Shown here one piece after another: positions 7,361 to 16,264 of a stretch of DNA of 32,000 nt; position 1 is the first letter of the stretch, and the number at the start of each line of letters is the position of its first letter. This DNA is from Candidatus Saccharimonas aalborgensis (lineage in GTDB: Bacteria > Patescibacteriota > Saccharimonadia > Saccharimonadales > Saccharimonadaceae), in the NCBI RefSeq assembly GCF_000392435.1, contig NC_021219.1:540001-572000 (forward strand), written 5' to 3'. The notes under the pieces are model-generated. The model saw nothing but the letters and a program-made list of their open reading frames with translations. It had not been told where the DNA came from and searched no databases. The position numbers were made by a program, and so were the translations under genes.

Positions 7361-7482
7361 ATCACCTCCTTATTATTGTGATATCTCTACTATATGTCGT
7401 TTGTTCTACAACAGCAAGGATACTTTTAAGTATATGATATCTTGTACTGACCTCTTAAATATGCTACTATATGCGAACGTAT

Positions 7483-7559
7483 GCACCCGTAGCTCAGCTG
7501 GATAGAGCGTTGGCTTGCGGAGCCAAAGGTCGCACGTTCGAATCGTACCGGGTGTACCA
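7483..7559 (+). tRNA. tRNA-Arg (anticodon GCG), CCA encoded
   Basis: Acceptor GCACCCG/CGGGTGT (G1-U72 wobble), D arm GCTC-AGCTGGATA-GAGC, perfect anticodon stem TTGGC/GCCAA with loop TTGCGGA, T arm GCACG-TTCGAAT-CGTAC (one C-A mismatch), then A-CCA. Confidence 0.8.
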
Positions 7560-7562
7560 TAG

Positions 7563-7590
7563 AAAAATCCCATGGCTTCATGGGGTTTTT
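7563..7590 (+). terminator. Rho-independent terminator after tRNA-Arg
   Basis: AAAAATCCCATG, loop GCTT, CATGGGGTTTTT. Confidence 0.7.
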
Positions 7591-7655
7591 CTATGGGTGC
7601 TGGCAGATTGCGAGGCGAATTGCAGGCTACTAGCATAAGTGATATCATCAAAGTG

Positions 7656-8381
7656 ATGAAAAATCTATTCTTGGTGCGAATTCGCTTATCTACCTATTTT
7701 ATCTTTATTTTTATCTCGATGACCGTTGTGTCGCTATTTTTACCGAAAGCAAAGTTTGATTCGGCAGCTCTCACCCTATTCTCCGTTAACTCGTTTTTGT
7801 ATGGGTTTTATATCGCGCCAATCCTTAGTGCTCAGAAAACTCGTATTGAGGAAATGCATAAGATAGTTCGCGCCGAAGCCAACGCGGTTTTTGCACTTAT
7901 GATTGCCGTAAAGCGTTTGCCAGATGGAGCGAGAGAACGGCTCGGTGTACTAGTAAGAGAGTATTTATCGTTGTGTATAAGACAACGAAAAGCTGCTGAG
8001 GGTGAGGAAAAATATGAAGAAATCATTAGCTATTGCATAGCCTATGGGGGTGAATCTCCCGAAGCGGTAGCTGATATCCTAGATAAGGTAGTCGCAAATC
8101 AAAAAAACCGTACGGATTTTTCCATGCAGATTGCGAATAAGGTATATTCCAATGAATGGATGGTGATGTTGGTACTATTTGGCGTTACTCTCTCGTTTAT
8201 ATTGCTGCTTGATACGGGCGAAAACGTCATTTTCCGTGTTCTTGCTGCCCTTGTGTCGACCGGACTTACGATGCTAGTTGTTATTCTTGTGAAGATGTCC
8301 ACCCTCACCCACAAAAAGGCGAAGCAGATTTGGGACCCGTACAAACGATTACTTGAGACAAACTTTTATCGTATTGACTAA
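7656..8381 (+). CDS. Hypothetical membrane protein (241 aa; 2 N-terminal and 2 C-terminal TM helices around a helical soluble region)
   Basis: Start set at ATG 7656; the track start at 7572 lies inside the tRNA terminator. TGATATCAT at 7640-7648 sits 7 nt upstream of the ATG. No family recognised with confidence. Confidence 0.6.
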   Translation: MKNLFLVRIRLSTYFIFIFISMTVVSLFLPKAKFDSAALTLFSVNSFLYGFYIAPILSAQKTRIEEMHKIVRAEANAVFALMIAVKRLPDGARERLGVLVREYLSLCIRQRKAAEGEEKYEEIISYCIAYGGESPEAVADILDKVVANQKNRTDFSMQIANKVYSNEWMVMLVLFGVTLSFILLLDTGENVIFRVLAALVSTGLTMLVVILVKMSTLTHKKAKQIWDPYKRLLETNFYRID

Positions 8382-8392
8382 GCACACATCAT

Positions 8393-8423
8393 AAAAAAAT
8401 GACCCAACGTAGGTCATTTTTTT
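8393..8423. terminator. Bidirectional terminator
   Basis: AAAAAAATGACC (8393-8404) pairs with GGTCATTTTTTT (8412-8423), between a plus-strand CDS and a minus-strand tRNA. Confidence 0.7.
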
Positions 8424-8424
8424 A

Positions 8425-8517
8425 TGGCGGAGGAGGGGAGATTCGAACTCCCGCTGCAGGTCTCCCCACACTAACGATTTAGCAAACCGTCCCCTTCAGC
8501 CACTTGGGTACTCCTCC
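8425..8517 (-). tRNA. tRNA-Ser (anticodon GCU), CCA encoded
   Basis: Minus-strand read: GGAGGAG acceptor, anticodon arm ACGGT-TTGCTAA-ATCGT, long variable arm, T arm GGGAG-TTCGAAT-CTCCC, then ..CTCCTCC-G-CCA. Confidence 0.9.
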
Positions 8518-8624
8518 GTATCGACCATGCTACTGTCGTAGACGATCGCTTCAGATTGTTAATTGAACCATAGTAGTATACCATACCAACACCTTAGCGT
8601 ATAGAGACATGCTATAGTTGGCTA

Positions 8625-9983
8625 GTGAGGCTATCTCTCTTTAAACGAGTTTTTGTATGGAACCCAATCGTCACTGGCGGGGTGGTGTTTGTTCTCTATC
8701 TCATTCCCTGCCTATTTGCTCTCGATCCCGACGCGGGATGGCATATACGTTCAGGTGGTGACATCTTGTCGCATGGTATCCCTGCGCACGACCTCTATTC
8801 TTATACGGCGACGGATTTTCCCTGGATACATCACGAATGGCTCGCAGATGTCATTAACTATCTAATATACCAACTTGGTGGTTTCGTGCTGCTTTCTGTC
8901 GTGTATGCGAGCGCATGGACGGCTGCAACACTTGTATTCCTGAGGAATTGGCGATATGGTGCCCTAGCTGTCATAGCTACACTGGCCGTTCTGCCTTACG
9001 TTGGAGTACGCGCAACGACATGGACAGTGGGATTCATGGCGCTTTTATCTTGGTTAATTGATAGCTCTCATCGGTGGCGGATTGCAGCCATCCTCGCCCT
9101 CTTTCTAGTGTGGGCAAATATCCATGGCGGCTTTGTCCTAGGGCTTGTCTATCTGTTATGGATTACTATTTGGCGTCGGTCGGCGTTACTTGGGATTGCA
9201 TTTGTCGGAGCAGTTGCTCTGACGGGTGTTACTCCCTATGGCTATCGGATCTATGAGGAAGTATTTCGCACCCTCCTAGATACTTCCTTGCATCACCGAA
9301 TCGACGAGTGGCGTTCATTTGCATTCGAGCCCTCCATCGTGCCCTACTTGGGCATATGGGCAAGCACTATTGTATTACGGGGGCGAAAGTGGCGGACGAT
9401 TCCGTGGTTTGATGGCCTACTCCTCGTAAGCGCCGTTCTCAGTGTGCGGAATGTCCCGCTCTTTGTACTGATGTCCCTGACTTCTACGCAGCGCTCCTTT
9501 AGCACACTTGCTGCTACCCTGCCAAAGAAGATAACCCTTGTCCATCAATGGTTATTGCCGCTCACGCTTAGTATAGGCGGGATGGTGTTGGGAGCATGTC
9601 TACTGTACGACTATCAATTTCTGGCTCATCCAGAAAAGACCCAGTACCCTGAGGGGGTTGTCGAGAAGCTTCGTCAGCAACCCTGCGAAGGTCGAATCTT
9701 TAATTCTTACAATGTTGGGGGATATCTAATCTGGAAACTACCAGATACAGAGGTGTATATTGATGGCAGGATGCCAAGTTGGGAGCTTGGTGGCCGGAAA
9801 TATATGGACGACTACTATCGTATTCTCCGAGATGACACGTTTCGGCGACAACAGTTTGAGCACTATGGAGTCCGCTGCGTTATTTGGGAGGGATCGGACG
9901 CGTTTGCACGCAAACTTCAATCAGAGGGTTGGCAGACAACTCGCGATGAGAGTACACTAGTGCTATTACGCAGGCCAGCGTAA
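8625..9983 (+). CDS. Large polytopic membrane protein, GT-C-type glycosyltransferase-like (452 aa)
   Basis: At least 10 hydrophobic helices. An early loop carries acidic/His residues (DPDAGWHIRSGGD, FPWIHHEWLAD). C-terminal soluble domain (IFNSYNVGGYLIWKLPDTEVYIDGRMP). GTG start at 8625, 6 nt after TGCTATAGT (8610-8618). The family call is a resemblance only. Confidence 0.45.
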   Translation: MRLSLFKRVFVWNPIVTGGVVFVLYLIPCLFALDPDAGWHIRSGGDILSHGIPAHDLYSYTATDFPWIHHEWLADVINYLIYQLGGFVLLSVVYASAWTAATLVFLRNWRYGALAVIATLAVLPYVGVRATTWTVGFMALLSWLIDSSHRWRIAAILALFLVWANIHGGFVLGLVYLLWITIWRRSALLGIAFVGAVALTGVTPYGYRIYEEVFRTLLDTSLHHRIDEWRSFAFEPSIVPYLGIWASTIVLRGRKWRTIPWFDGLLLVSAVLSVRNVPLFVLMSLTSTQRSFSTLAATLPKKITLVHQWLLPLTLSIGGMVLGACLLYDYQFLAHPEKTQYPEGVVEKLRQQPCEGRIFNSYNVGGYLIWKLPDTEVYIDGRMPSWELGGRKYMDDYYRILRDDTFRRQQFEHYGVRCVIWEGSDAFARKLQSEGWQTTRDESTLVLLRRPA

Positions 9984-9987
9984 TCAC

Positions 9988-10016
9988 TCGACAAAATACA
10001 CTTTTTTTGCTATAAT
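9988..10016 (+). promoter_or_regulatory. Strong candidate promoter of pilin paralog P7 (TCGACA-N17-TGCTATAAT)
   Basis: TCGACA at 9988-9993, 17-nt spacer, extended -10 TGC-TATAAT ending at 10016. GAGGAG RBS before ATG 10043. Confidence 0.55.
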
Positions 10017-10042
10017 ACGACACAAATGAGGAGATCCAACAG

Positions 10043-10465
10043 ATGAAAAGACAATCCCTGACAAACTATGCTGCGGTCTTAAGTGCTACTGTTGTTGTGG
10101 CTGCGCTCAATGTTGCACAGGCGTACGCTGTCGGTTCTGTCACTCAAGGGGTGGACGCGGCACACGGTGACCAGCAGCCATCAAATCTTTTTGGAAATGC
10201 CGGAGTCTTTTCGACAATCAGCAACGTCCTTCTCTTTATTGTCGGTGCGGTTGCCGTCATTATGATTATCATCGGCGGCTTGCGCTATGTCGTATCTGGA
10301 GGCGATGCTTCCCAGGTACAAGCGGCAAAAAATACGATTCTTTATGCGCTTATCGGTGTCATTGTGGCTATTCTCGCCTATGCGGCGGTCAATTTCGTCG
10401 TGGCGAGTTTCGTTCCAAATGCCGCAACGAACGGACAGAGCGTTACCGGTACTTCTGCCCGATAA
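10043..10465 (+). CDS. VirB2/TrbC-like T4SS pilin paralog P7 (140 aa, dispersed copy)
   Basis: Signal peptide (..NVAQAYA/VG) and no Cys pair. Core VIMIIIGGLRYVVSGGDASQVQAAKNTILYALIGVIVAILAYAAVNFV, closely matching P4-P6. Confidence 0.75.
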   Translation: MKRQSLTNYAAVLSATVVVAALNVAQAYAVGSVTQGVDAAHGDQQPSNLFGNAGVFSTISNVLLFIVGAVAVIMIIIGGLRYVVSGGDASQVQAAKNTILYALIGVIVAILAYAAVNFVVASFVPNAATNGQSVTGTSAR

Positions 10466-10517
10466 TCAGACCATTCTCAATAAAATAGCAAAGACGTAAA
10501 AGCCTTTGCTATTTTAT

Positions 10518-10607
10518 TGGCGGAGAGGGGGGGATTCGAACCCCCGATACGTTTGCGCGCATACACGATTTCGAGTCGTGCGCCTTCAACCACTCGGCCA
10601 CCTCTCC
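10518..10607 (-). tRNA. tRNA-Ser (anticodon CGA), CCA encoded
   Basis: Minus-strand read: GGAGAGG acceptor, anticodon arm CACGA-CTCGAAA-TCGTG, long variable arm, T arm GGGGG-TTCGAAT-CCCCC, then CCTCTCC-G-CCA. Confidence 0.9.
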
Positions 10608-10650
10608 ATGGTACTCTCATTTTAACAGAGGCGGGGTGTATAATGAAATC

Positions 10651-11049
10651 ATGGAAGACTCAATCTTTACAAAAATTATTAAAGGGGAGATCCCTTGCCA
10701 CAAGATATACGAGGATGAATACACCTTCGCCTTCCTCGATATACACCCGATTCAGCCGGGCCAAGTACTTGTGGTACCAAAGACACAAATCGCTACTGTG
10801 TGGGATATGCCCCCAGATGAATACCATCATTTTATGGATACGGTACTGCGTATCGGCAAGCGGCTGTGCGAGGTATATCCAGATAAAGCCAAAGTTGGTC
10901 TCATGATCGAGGGGCTAGAGGTAGATCATGTTCATGCCAAGCTGTTTGCTTTTTCGACGGGTGAAGAATATCGTCGCTTGCCGGATATAGCTGAACAGCC
11001 CGATCAGAGCGCATTGGCGCGCGAAGCGGAAAAGATCCGGATTACATGA
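10651..11049 (+). CDS. HIT (histidine triad) family protein (132 aa)
   Basis: [44 protein letters not shown] is a typical Hint N-terminus; His-containing motif VDHVHAKLF. Start set at ATG 10651, because the track's GTG at 10636 lies inside a TATAAT box (10639-10644) 6 nt upstream. Confidence 0.8.
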   Translation: MEDSIFTKIIKGEIPCHKIYEDEYTFAFLDIHPIQPGQVLVVPKTQIATVWDMPPDEYHHFMDTVLRIGKRLCEVYPDKAKVGLMIEGLEVDHVHAKLFAFSTGEEYRRLPDIAEQPDQSALAREAEKIRIT

Positions 11050-11501
11050 TCACCCTCGTTACTGTCGGCAAGAAGCATGATGCCTTACTCGTTGATGCCA
11101 TACAACGATATCAGCAGCGTCTGAGAGCTCCCTGGAATGTTAAGTGGGAGGTTTTGCCACACAGTTCAATGAACGCGCTAAAAGCCGTTCAGGAAGAGTC
11201 TAGGCGCATACTAAAACGTATACAGCCGTCTGATTATGTCATCTTGCTCGACGAAAACGGCTTACCAGTTGATTCCCCCGCTATGTCGCGAGTGCTTAAA
11301 CAACAACTTGCGAGCTCTCGTCACGTGAGCATCGTGATAGGCGGTGCCTACGGAGTGTCCAGCGCCCTAAAGGAACGTGCCAATAGTAGTTGGTCACTTT
11401 CACCGCTTGTATTTCCCCACCAACTGGTACGGCTTATCATCATCGAACAGCTCTACCGTGCTCAATCAATTGCAAATCACACCCCCTATCACCACGATTA
11501 G
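11046..11501 (+). CDS. rlmH: 23S rRNA (pseudouridine1915-N3)-methyltransferase RlmH (SPOUT family)
   Basis: ATGA overlap with the HIT stop. Typical ~150-aa length. Motifs [15 protein letters not shown], and the C-terminal [23 protein letters not shown]. Confidence 0.8.
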   Translation: MITLVTVGKKHDALLVDAIQRYQQRLRAPWNVKWEVLPHSSMNALKAVQEESRRILKRIQPSDYVILLDENGLPVDSPAMSRVLKQQLASSRHVSIVIGGAYGVSSALKERANSSWSLSPLVFPHQLVRLIIIEQLYRAQSIANHTPYHHD

Positions 11502-11569
11502 TATCATAGTATTGACAAAACATAAAGTTTATGCTAAATTTTATGGAGTAGTCTAAATGAAAACAAAAA

Positions 11570-11923
11570 ATGAATACGACAAAAAGAATCATTACTTCCC
11601 TGACCGCGCTTCTCAGTGCACTGTTATCTCTTGGCCTCGTATTTCACGATAGCCAGGCAGAGCATGCCTTTGCTGTGGCAGTCAGCCGGCCACTCCTTTC
11701 GGCATATCATGAATCTGAAACCACAAAACCGCTTGATGAGATTAAACCGCTTCATGTTCATAGTGACTACAACCCCTTGTTGAGCACACTTGCCAACAGC
11801 TTTAATTATCAGCAACCAAGTCTCATGCCCCGTCGGAATAGTCATCACAAGGAGCTATTGCGCATGTTTGAGGTAGGCAGCAGACACGCGTTTGATAACG
11901 CCAATCTCCCTATAATTGACTAG
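11570..11923 (+). CDS. Hypothetical small secreted protein (117 aa)
   Basis: Signal peptide MNTTKRIITSLTALLSALLSLGLVFHDSQA. Upstream promoter TTGACA (11513-11518)-N17-TGCTAAATT. The 3' end overlaps the convergent valS by 14 nt. Confidence 0.5.
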   Translation: MNTTKRIITSLTALLSALLSLGLVFHDSQAEHAFAVAVSRPLLSAYHESETTKPLDEIKPLHVHSDYNPLLSTLANSFNYQQPSLMPRRNSHHKELLRMFEVGSRHAFDNANLPIID

Positions 11924-14501
11924 AATCAGAACTATCTTCTGAGATAACCTGGAGTTCGCGGGCGAGCCGTTCGACGAGGGAATGCTTGGCTTGTAGCTGT
12001 TCGCGTGATTGCTCCACGAGCTCGGGGGGAGCTTTTGTAATATATTGATCGTTCGCTAATCGTTTTTCGAGCGCTTCACTTTCGGCACGTGCTTCTGCTA
12101 ATCGTTTTTCGAGATTGGTCTGATGTTCGTATAGTATCTCAGGGGAAATGTCGAGCCAAGCATCACGACCACTACTAGCGAGACGTAGACCCCGGGCCTG
12201 ATCGACATGTTCAACAGTTTCCAGTTTGGCAAGGTGTTGGATGAGGCCAGCGTTGTCGGCCACAAGAGAGTCATCCATATAAAGCAGGCTATAGCGCTCA
12301 TTACCTGGTAGTTCTGAAGTGACATAGCGTGTTTCTGCCACCAGTCGTTTGAGACGCCCAAATTCGGCTGCTTCAAGCTCGTTGCAGTCCTTTTGCTCTG
12401 GCCATGCGGCACCAGCGAGGACATCACTATGCCAGTTGAGACTTTGCCAGATGGTTTCGGTGACGAAGGGAGCAAACGGGTGCGCTAGACGTAAGCTAGT
12501 GTCCAGCACCCAGGCGAGCATTGAGGTGTGCTTCTCAATCTTGCTGACCTCTATATACCAGTCAGCGACATCATCCCAGATCACGTGGTAGAGAGTTTCG
12601 GCGGCCTCTGCGAAGCGGTAATCATCAAGCTGTTGTTCAACCGTGCTGATTGCTTGGTTAAGTCGATGGATGATCCAATGATCAGCCATCGAATGTAGAT
12701 CTGGGTGGGGAGTGGGCTGCGAATCCCCTACTTGACCCTCAATGAATCGTGCAATGTTCCACAATTTGTTACAGAAATTGCGTCCGGCAATTACCTTACC
12801 CCGACTGAATGCTTGATTTTGAGCGGCGCTACGGCTAGAGACGATCCCCATGCGCAGTGCGTCAGACCCATATTCACTGATTGTTTCCATGGGGTTGATA
12901 ACATTTCCCTTACTTTTGCTCATCTTGATGCCCTTTTCATCAAGAACAAGGCCGTGCAGGTAGACATGGCGAAATGGAACCTGTCCAGTTCGGTAGAGGC
13001 CGAGCATGAGCATACGGGCGACCCAGGCAAAGAGGATATCACCTGCTGTTTCCATGACTGCATTTGGAAAATAGCGAGCGAGCGGTCCATTAGTCAGATA
13101 ATCAGTGGTAATAAACGGCCACTGGCCACTGCTAAACCAGGTATCGAGCGTGTCCTCCTCGCGCACATATGTCGTGCCATCTACATCAATATGCGTTTCG
13201 TCAACACGACGATCGAACAGCCAGGTCTCTGGATCGGTTGTTGAGTGAAACATGGGAATTGGGATGCCCCAAGGGATCTGACGGCTAATATTCCAGTCAC
13301 GAAGTTCCTTGAGATAATTGATAACCACTTGAGCTTTGTTGTGTGGGGTAAAGGATATATCACCCTTCTCGATAGCCGTAATGGCGTTTTTGGCAAGCTC
13401 TTGCATCTTTACAAACCACTGTTCCTTGACTAAGGGTTCTATGATGCTGCCGCACTTATAACAATGTCCCACGGCATGTTCGATTTCTTGTTCGCCCCGC
13501 AGTGCTTCCTCAATCGAGAGCGCCGACAATACTTTTTTGCGAGCTTCTTCGGCTGTGAGCCCAGCGTACTGAGGCGGCACGTTTATCATAGTGCCGTCGT
13601 AGTTGATGACCTGGATGCGCTCGAGCTGATGACGCTCGGCGATAGCGAAATCATTTGGATCATGAGCTGGTGTAATCTTTACCGCTCCGGTACCAAAAGA
13701 CCTATCGACGTAGTCGTCGGCAATAATGGGGATTTCTCTACCAATGAGTGGAAGTTGCACTTTTGTACCGATCAGATCCTTGTAGCGCTCATCATCGGGG
13801 TGAACGGCGATAGCGGTGTCACCAAGCATTGTCTCGGGGCGGGTTGTTGCGACGATAATCTCCCCTACCTTGTCGAGTGTTGGGTAGGCAATGCTCCACA
13901 ACTTCCCTTTCTCGTTTTTATGAACTACCTCGATGTCGGCAAAGCTTGTCTGATGCTTGACACAGAAGTTTACCATTCGTTCGCTGCGGTAGATCAACTG
14001 ATCTTGCCACATCTTTTCAAAGCTATCATAGACACTATCTATTACTTTTTTGTCGAGGGTAAAGACAAGCGTATTCCAATCGACGCCGGCGCCGAGAGCC
14101 CGGAGTTGGAGTTCCATGTTGCCGCGCTGTTCGTCGACAAAGTTCCACACCTGACTATACAGTTGTTCGCGCGTGTAATCAAAGCGCGTTTTCCCCTGTT
14201 TCTCAAGCTCTTTCTCGTACACAACCCAGGTTTCAAAGCCAGCATGGTCGGCACCGGGGATATACAGAGCATCATCACCTCTCATGCGGCGGTAGCGAAT
14301 CAGGATATCTTGCAGAGCGCTGCCAAGTGCATGTCCAACATGCAAGTTGCCATTGGCGTTCGGTGGCGGCATGATGATGCTGTAGGGTGTCCCCTGCCCC
14401 TTTGCCTTAAATACTCCCGACGACTCCCAGAGGGCATAAATGGTCGGCTCGTAATCATTGGGAGTGTAGGTTTTTGCGAGATTCATGGATGGTCTGGTCA
14501 T
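11910..14501 (-). CDS. valS: Valine--tRNA ligase
   Basis: 863 aa. HIGH-type motif PPPNANGNLHVGHAL, KMSKS motif (KMSKSKGN), editing-domain region, and a C-terminal coiled coil. Confidence 0.95.
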   Translation of the reverse strand: MTRPSMNLAKTYTPNDYEPTIYALWESSGVFKAKGQGTPYSIIMPPPNANGNLHVGHALGSALQDILIRYRRMRGDDALYIPGADHAGFETWVVYEKELEKQGKTRFDYTREQLYSQVWNFVDEQRGNMELQLRALGAGVDWNTLVFTLDKKVIDSVYDSFEKMWQDQLIYRSERMVNFCVKHQTSFADIEVVHKNEKGKLWSIAYPTLDKVGEIIVATTRPETMLGDTAIAVHPDDERYKDLIGTKVQLPLIGREIPIIADDYVDRSFGTGAVKITPAHDPNDFAIAERHQLERIQVINYDGTMINVPPQYAGLTAEEARKKVLSALSIEEALRGEQEIEHAVGHCYKCGSIIEPLVKEQWFVKMQELAKNAITAIEKGDISFTPHNKAQVVINYLKELRDWNISRQIPWGIPIPMFHSTTDPETWLFDRRVDETHIDVDGTTYVREEDTLDTWFSSGQWPFITTDYLTNGPLARYFPNAVMETAGDILFAWVARMLMLGLYRTGQVPFRHVYLHGLVLDEKGIKMSKSKGNVINPMETISEYGSDALRMGIVSSRSAAQNQAFSRGKVIAGRNFCNKLWNIARFIEGQVGDSQPTPHPDLHSMADHWIIHRLNQAISTVEQQLDDYRFAEAAETLYHVIWDDVADWYIEVSKIEKHTSMLAWVLDTSLRLAHPFAPFVTETIWQSLNWHSDVLAGAAWPEQKDCNELEAAEFGRLKRLVAETRYVTSELPGNERYSLLYMDDSLVADNAGLIQHLAKLETVEHVDQARGLRLASSGRDAWLDISPEILYEHQTNLEKRLAEARAESEALEKRLANDQYITKAPPELVEQSREQLQAKHSLVERLARELQVISEDSSDSSQL

Positions 14502-14511
14502 TCTTTCATTG

Positions 14512-14566
14512 TTTTCACGCGAAAAAAAACATTAGCAAACTCACCAGAACTTTTCACGTGAAAAGT
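14512..14566. promoter_or_regulatory. Two copies of the motif TTTTCACGnGAAAA in the valS/femAB divergent intergenic region
   Basis: TTTTCACGCGAAAA at 14512-14525 and TTTTCACGTGAAAA at 14551-14564. The second lies within a perfect 18-bp palindrome, ACTTTTCACGTGAAAAGT (14549-14566). Start-to-start spacing is 39 bp. Confidence 0.4.
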
Positions 14567-14652
14567 CCAGCGTGTTATCTCTACCTCTGTTATCTCCGCG
14601 TGTTTGTGTTCACACCTAAGTATAGCACAAACAATGTATAATAGTTACAGTC

Positions 14653-15642
14653 ATGATTGGTGCAACACCGTGCGAGAGTAGAGTAGACTGGGACGAGTTT
14701 GTTTCGGTGACGAATGGTCACCCTTTGCAACTGTGGGGTTGGGGAGACGTAAAGACGGCACATCATTGGACGGCACATCGTATACTTGTTAACGATGGTT
14801 CAGAGGTTATCGGTGGTGCCCAGCTCCTAGTAAGAAAACTACCTGGGGCATTTCGTCGCTTTGTCTACATTCCGCGTGGGCCAGTTAGCCGCACGGGAAG
14901 GGAAGTAGATACGCTCAATGCCCTTGCCTCATACGTACGGCACCATTTGCCCGGAACAGTCCTCAGTGTCGAACCCAATACACGTGTGTTTCCTGATATA
15001 AAGGGATGGCGACATTCAAATCGAACGATTTTGATACCGAATACGCTTGTCCTCGACCTGACACGCACCGAGAGTGAGCTTCAGGCTGATATGACAAAAA
15101 AGACCAGGCAGTACATCCGCAAATCTCAGCGCGCGGAACTTGATTTTCGTCAAATTACTACTGATGAAGAGCTTAACGAATGTCTACATATTTACCATGA
15201 AACGGCTGGACGTGCTGAGTTTGCTCTCCATAGCGACGCGTATTATCGTGACGTCCATAGAAATCTTGGTGATGCATCTGTCATCATGGCAGCCTTTTAT
15301 GAAGACAAGCCGGTTGCTTTTTTGTGGCTTGCAGTGAGCCAAGAGGTGGCATTCGAGCTATACGGAGGTATGAATGAGGAAGGACAGCGACGAAGGGCAA
15401 ATTATGCACTCAAGTGGCAGACGATCTTACTCTGTAAACAGCGTGGGGCTAAGCAGTATGACATGAATGGGCTTTTAAACGATGGAGTTAGTACCTTCAA
15501 GAAGGGGTTTGCCAGTCAGGAGACGATGCTTGCGGGAACCTACGACTATCCGTTATCGCCGCTCTATACAATTTGGAACCGAGCACTACCGATAGCAAAA
15601 AAACTTGTTCGCACTACTGGAAAGGTGTTGAGAAGACCCTAA
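14653..15642 (+). CDS. FemAB-family peptidoglycan interpeptide-bridge aminoacyltransferase (FemX-like), 329 aa
   Basis: Family-typical N-terminus (HPLQLWGWGDVKTAHHWTAHRILV..GGAQLLVRKLP..FVYIPRGPV) and C-terminal block (YGGMNEEGQRRRANYALKWQTILLCKQRGAKQYDMNGL). Confidence 0.8.
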   Translation: MIGATPCESRVDWDEFVSVTNGHPLQLWGWGDVKTAHHWTAHRILVNDGSEVIGGAQLLVRKLPGAFRRFVYIPRGPVSRTGREVDTLNALASYVRHHLPGTVLSVEPNTRVFPDIKGWRHSNRTILIPNTLVLDLTRTESELQADMTKKTRQYIRKSQRAELDFRQITTDEELNECLHIYHETAGRAEFALHSDAYYRDVHRNLGDASVIMAAFYEDKPVAFLWLAVSQEVAFELYGGMNEEGQRRRANYALKWQTILLCKQRGAKQYDMNGLLNDGVSTFKKGFASQETMLAGTYDYPLSPLYTIWNRALPIAKKLVRTTGKVLRRP

Positions 15643-15661
15643 AACGGCAGAGGCTGTGTCG

Positions 15662-16264
15662 TTACAAAATGGGAACGGCGCCCTGTCGGTAAACGATAAT
15701 CTCGCCGGCACTGTCGAATCCGATAATTGTTGACGGAGGTCGGTCGCCAAGAGGACCGATATCGACATAAAAGTCTATTTTCTCACCGAAATAGTCGATT
15801 GCTTGGTCGATACTTTGTGAGGTAGGCGCATTTGGTGTGTTTGCGCTCGTTGTCATAAGTGGGCCGGTCGTAAGTAAAAGCTTCTGAAGATCAGAGTGTG
15901 CGGGAATACGTGCCGCCATGTGTTCTTGCCCGTCGCTAAGATATCTCGGAAGGGAAGCGGCGCTCATTTCCACGCTTACGGCATTTGGCCAGAAGCGAGC
16001 TGCTTTTAAAACTTCTGCTCGAGGAAACCCTAGTGCGATGAGCTGATCTGTGGTTGCGGCTATAGTGGTACCTGGTTGCCGAGCGCGTGACTTGAGATGG
16101 TAAAGGCGAGTGATTGCCAGTTGGTTGTTGGCAATACCTACCAACCCATACACAGTATCTGTTGGCATAACGCCGATAGCGCCGTTTTTTAATAGATCGA
16201 TAAGACGAGGATCACTCAGTGCTGAGATCCGCAGTGCTGGCATGGTTAGTCCGCCATTACCCAT
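15662..16264 (-). CDS. tsaC: L-threonylcarbamoyladenylate synthase (TsaC/YrdC/Sua5 family)
   Basis: YrdC motifs (GVMPTDTVYGLVG, KSRARQPGTTI, MTTSANTPNAP). An alternative ATG at 16243 lies 2 nt after the tsaD stop. Confidence 0.8.
   Translation of the reverse strand: MGNGGLTMPALRISALSDPRLIDLLKNGAIGVMPTDTVYGLVGIANNQLAITRLYHLKSRARQPGTTIAATTDQLIALGFPRAEVLKAARFWPNAVSVEMSAASLPRYLSDGQEHMAARIPAHSDLQKLLLTTGPLMTTSANTPNAPTSQSIDQAIDYFGEKIDFYVDIGPLGDRPPSTIIGFDSAGEIIVYRQGAVPIL

Noticed and set aside
2181-10465. Repeated ~140-nt nucleotide similarity among pilin genes as a possible CRISPR or other non-coding repeat array
   Set aside because: The repeats are in-frame coding paralogy (about 72% nucleotide and 83% amino-acid identity in the segment I counted), with variable spacing and no short identical direct repeats. 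No CRISPR-like structure was seen anywhere in the window.
10517-10906. 129-aa plus-strand ORF starting at the tRNA-Ser(CGA) locus
   Set aside because: Its first 90 nt are the reverse complement of a well-folded tRNA, and the rest is out of frame with the clearly homologous HIT protein.
13464-14561. 365-aa plus-strand ORF, the longest unassigned ORF in the track
   Set aside because: It lies entirely antisense to valS, whose minus-strand product has clear class I synthetase motifs (..NLHVGHAL.., KMSKS). The antisense product has no motifs or expression signals and runs through the valS start and promoter region, so it is a shadow ORF.
14502-14652. T-box riboswitch upstream of valS
   Set aside because: Only 151 nt are shared with a divergent gene. 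I could find no specifier-loop/T-box (AANNNGGUGNNACCNCG-like) element or terminator/antiterminator pair. The palindromes are reported as possible operators instead.
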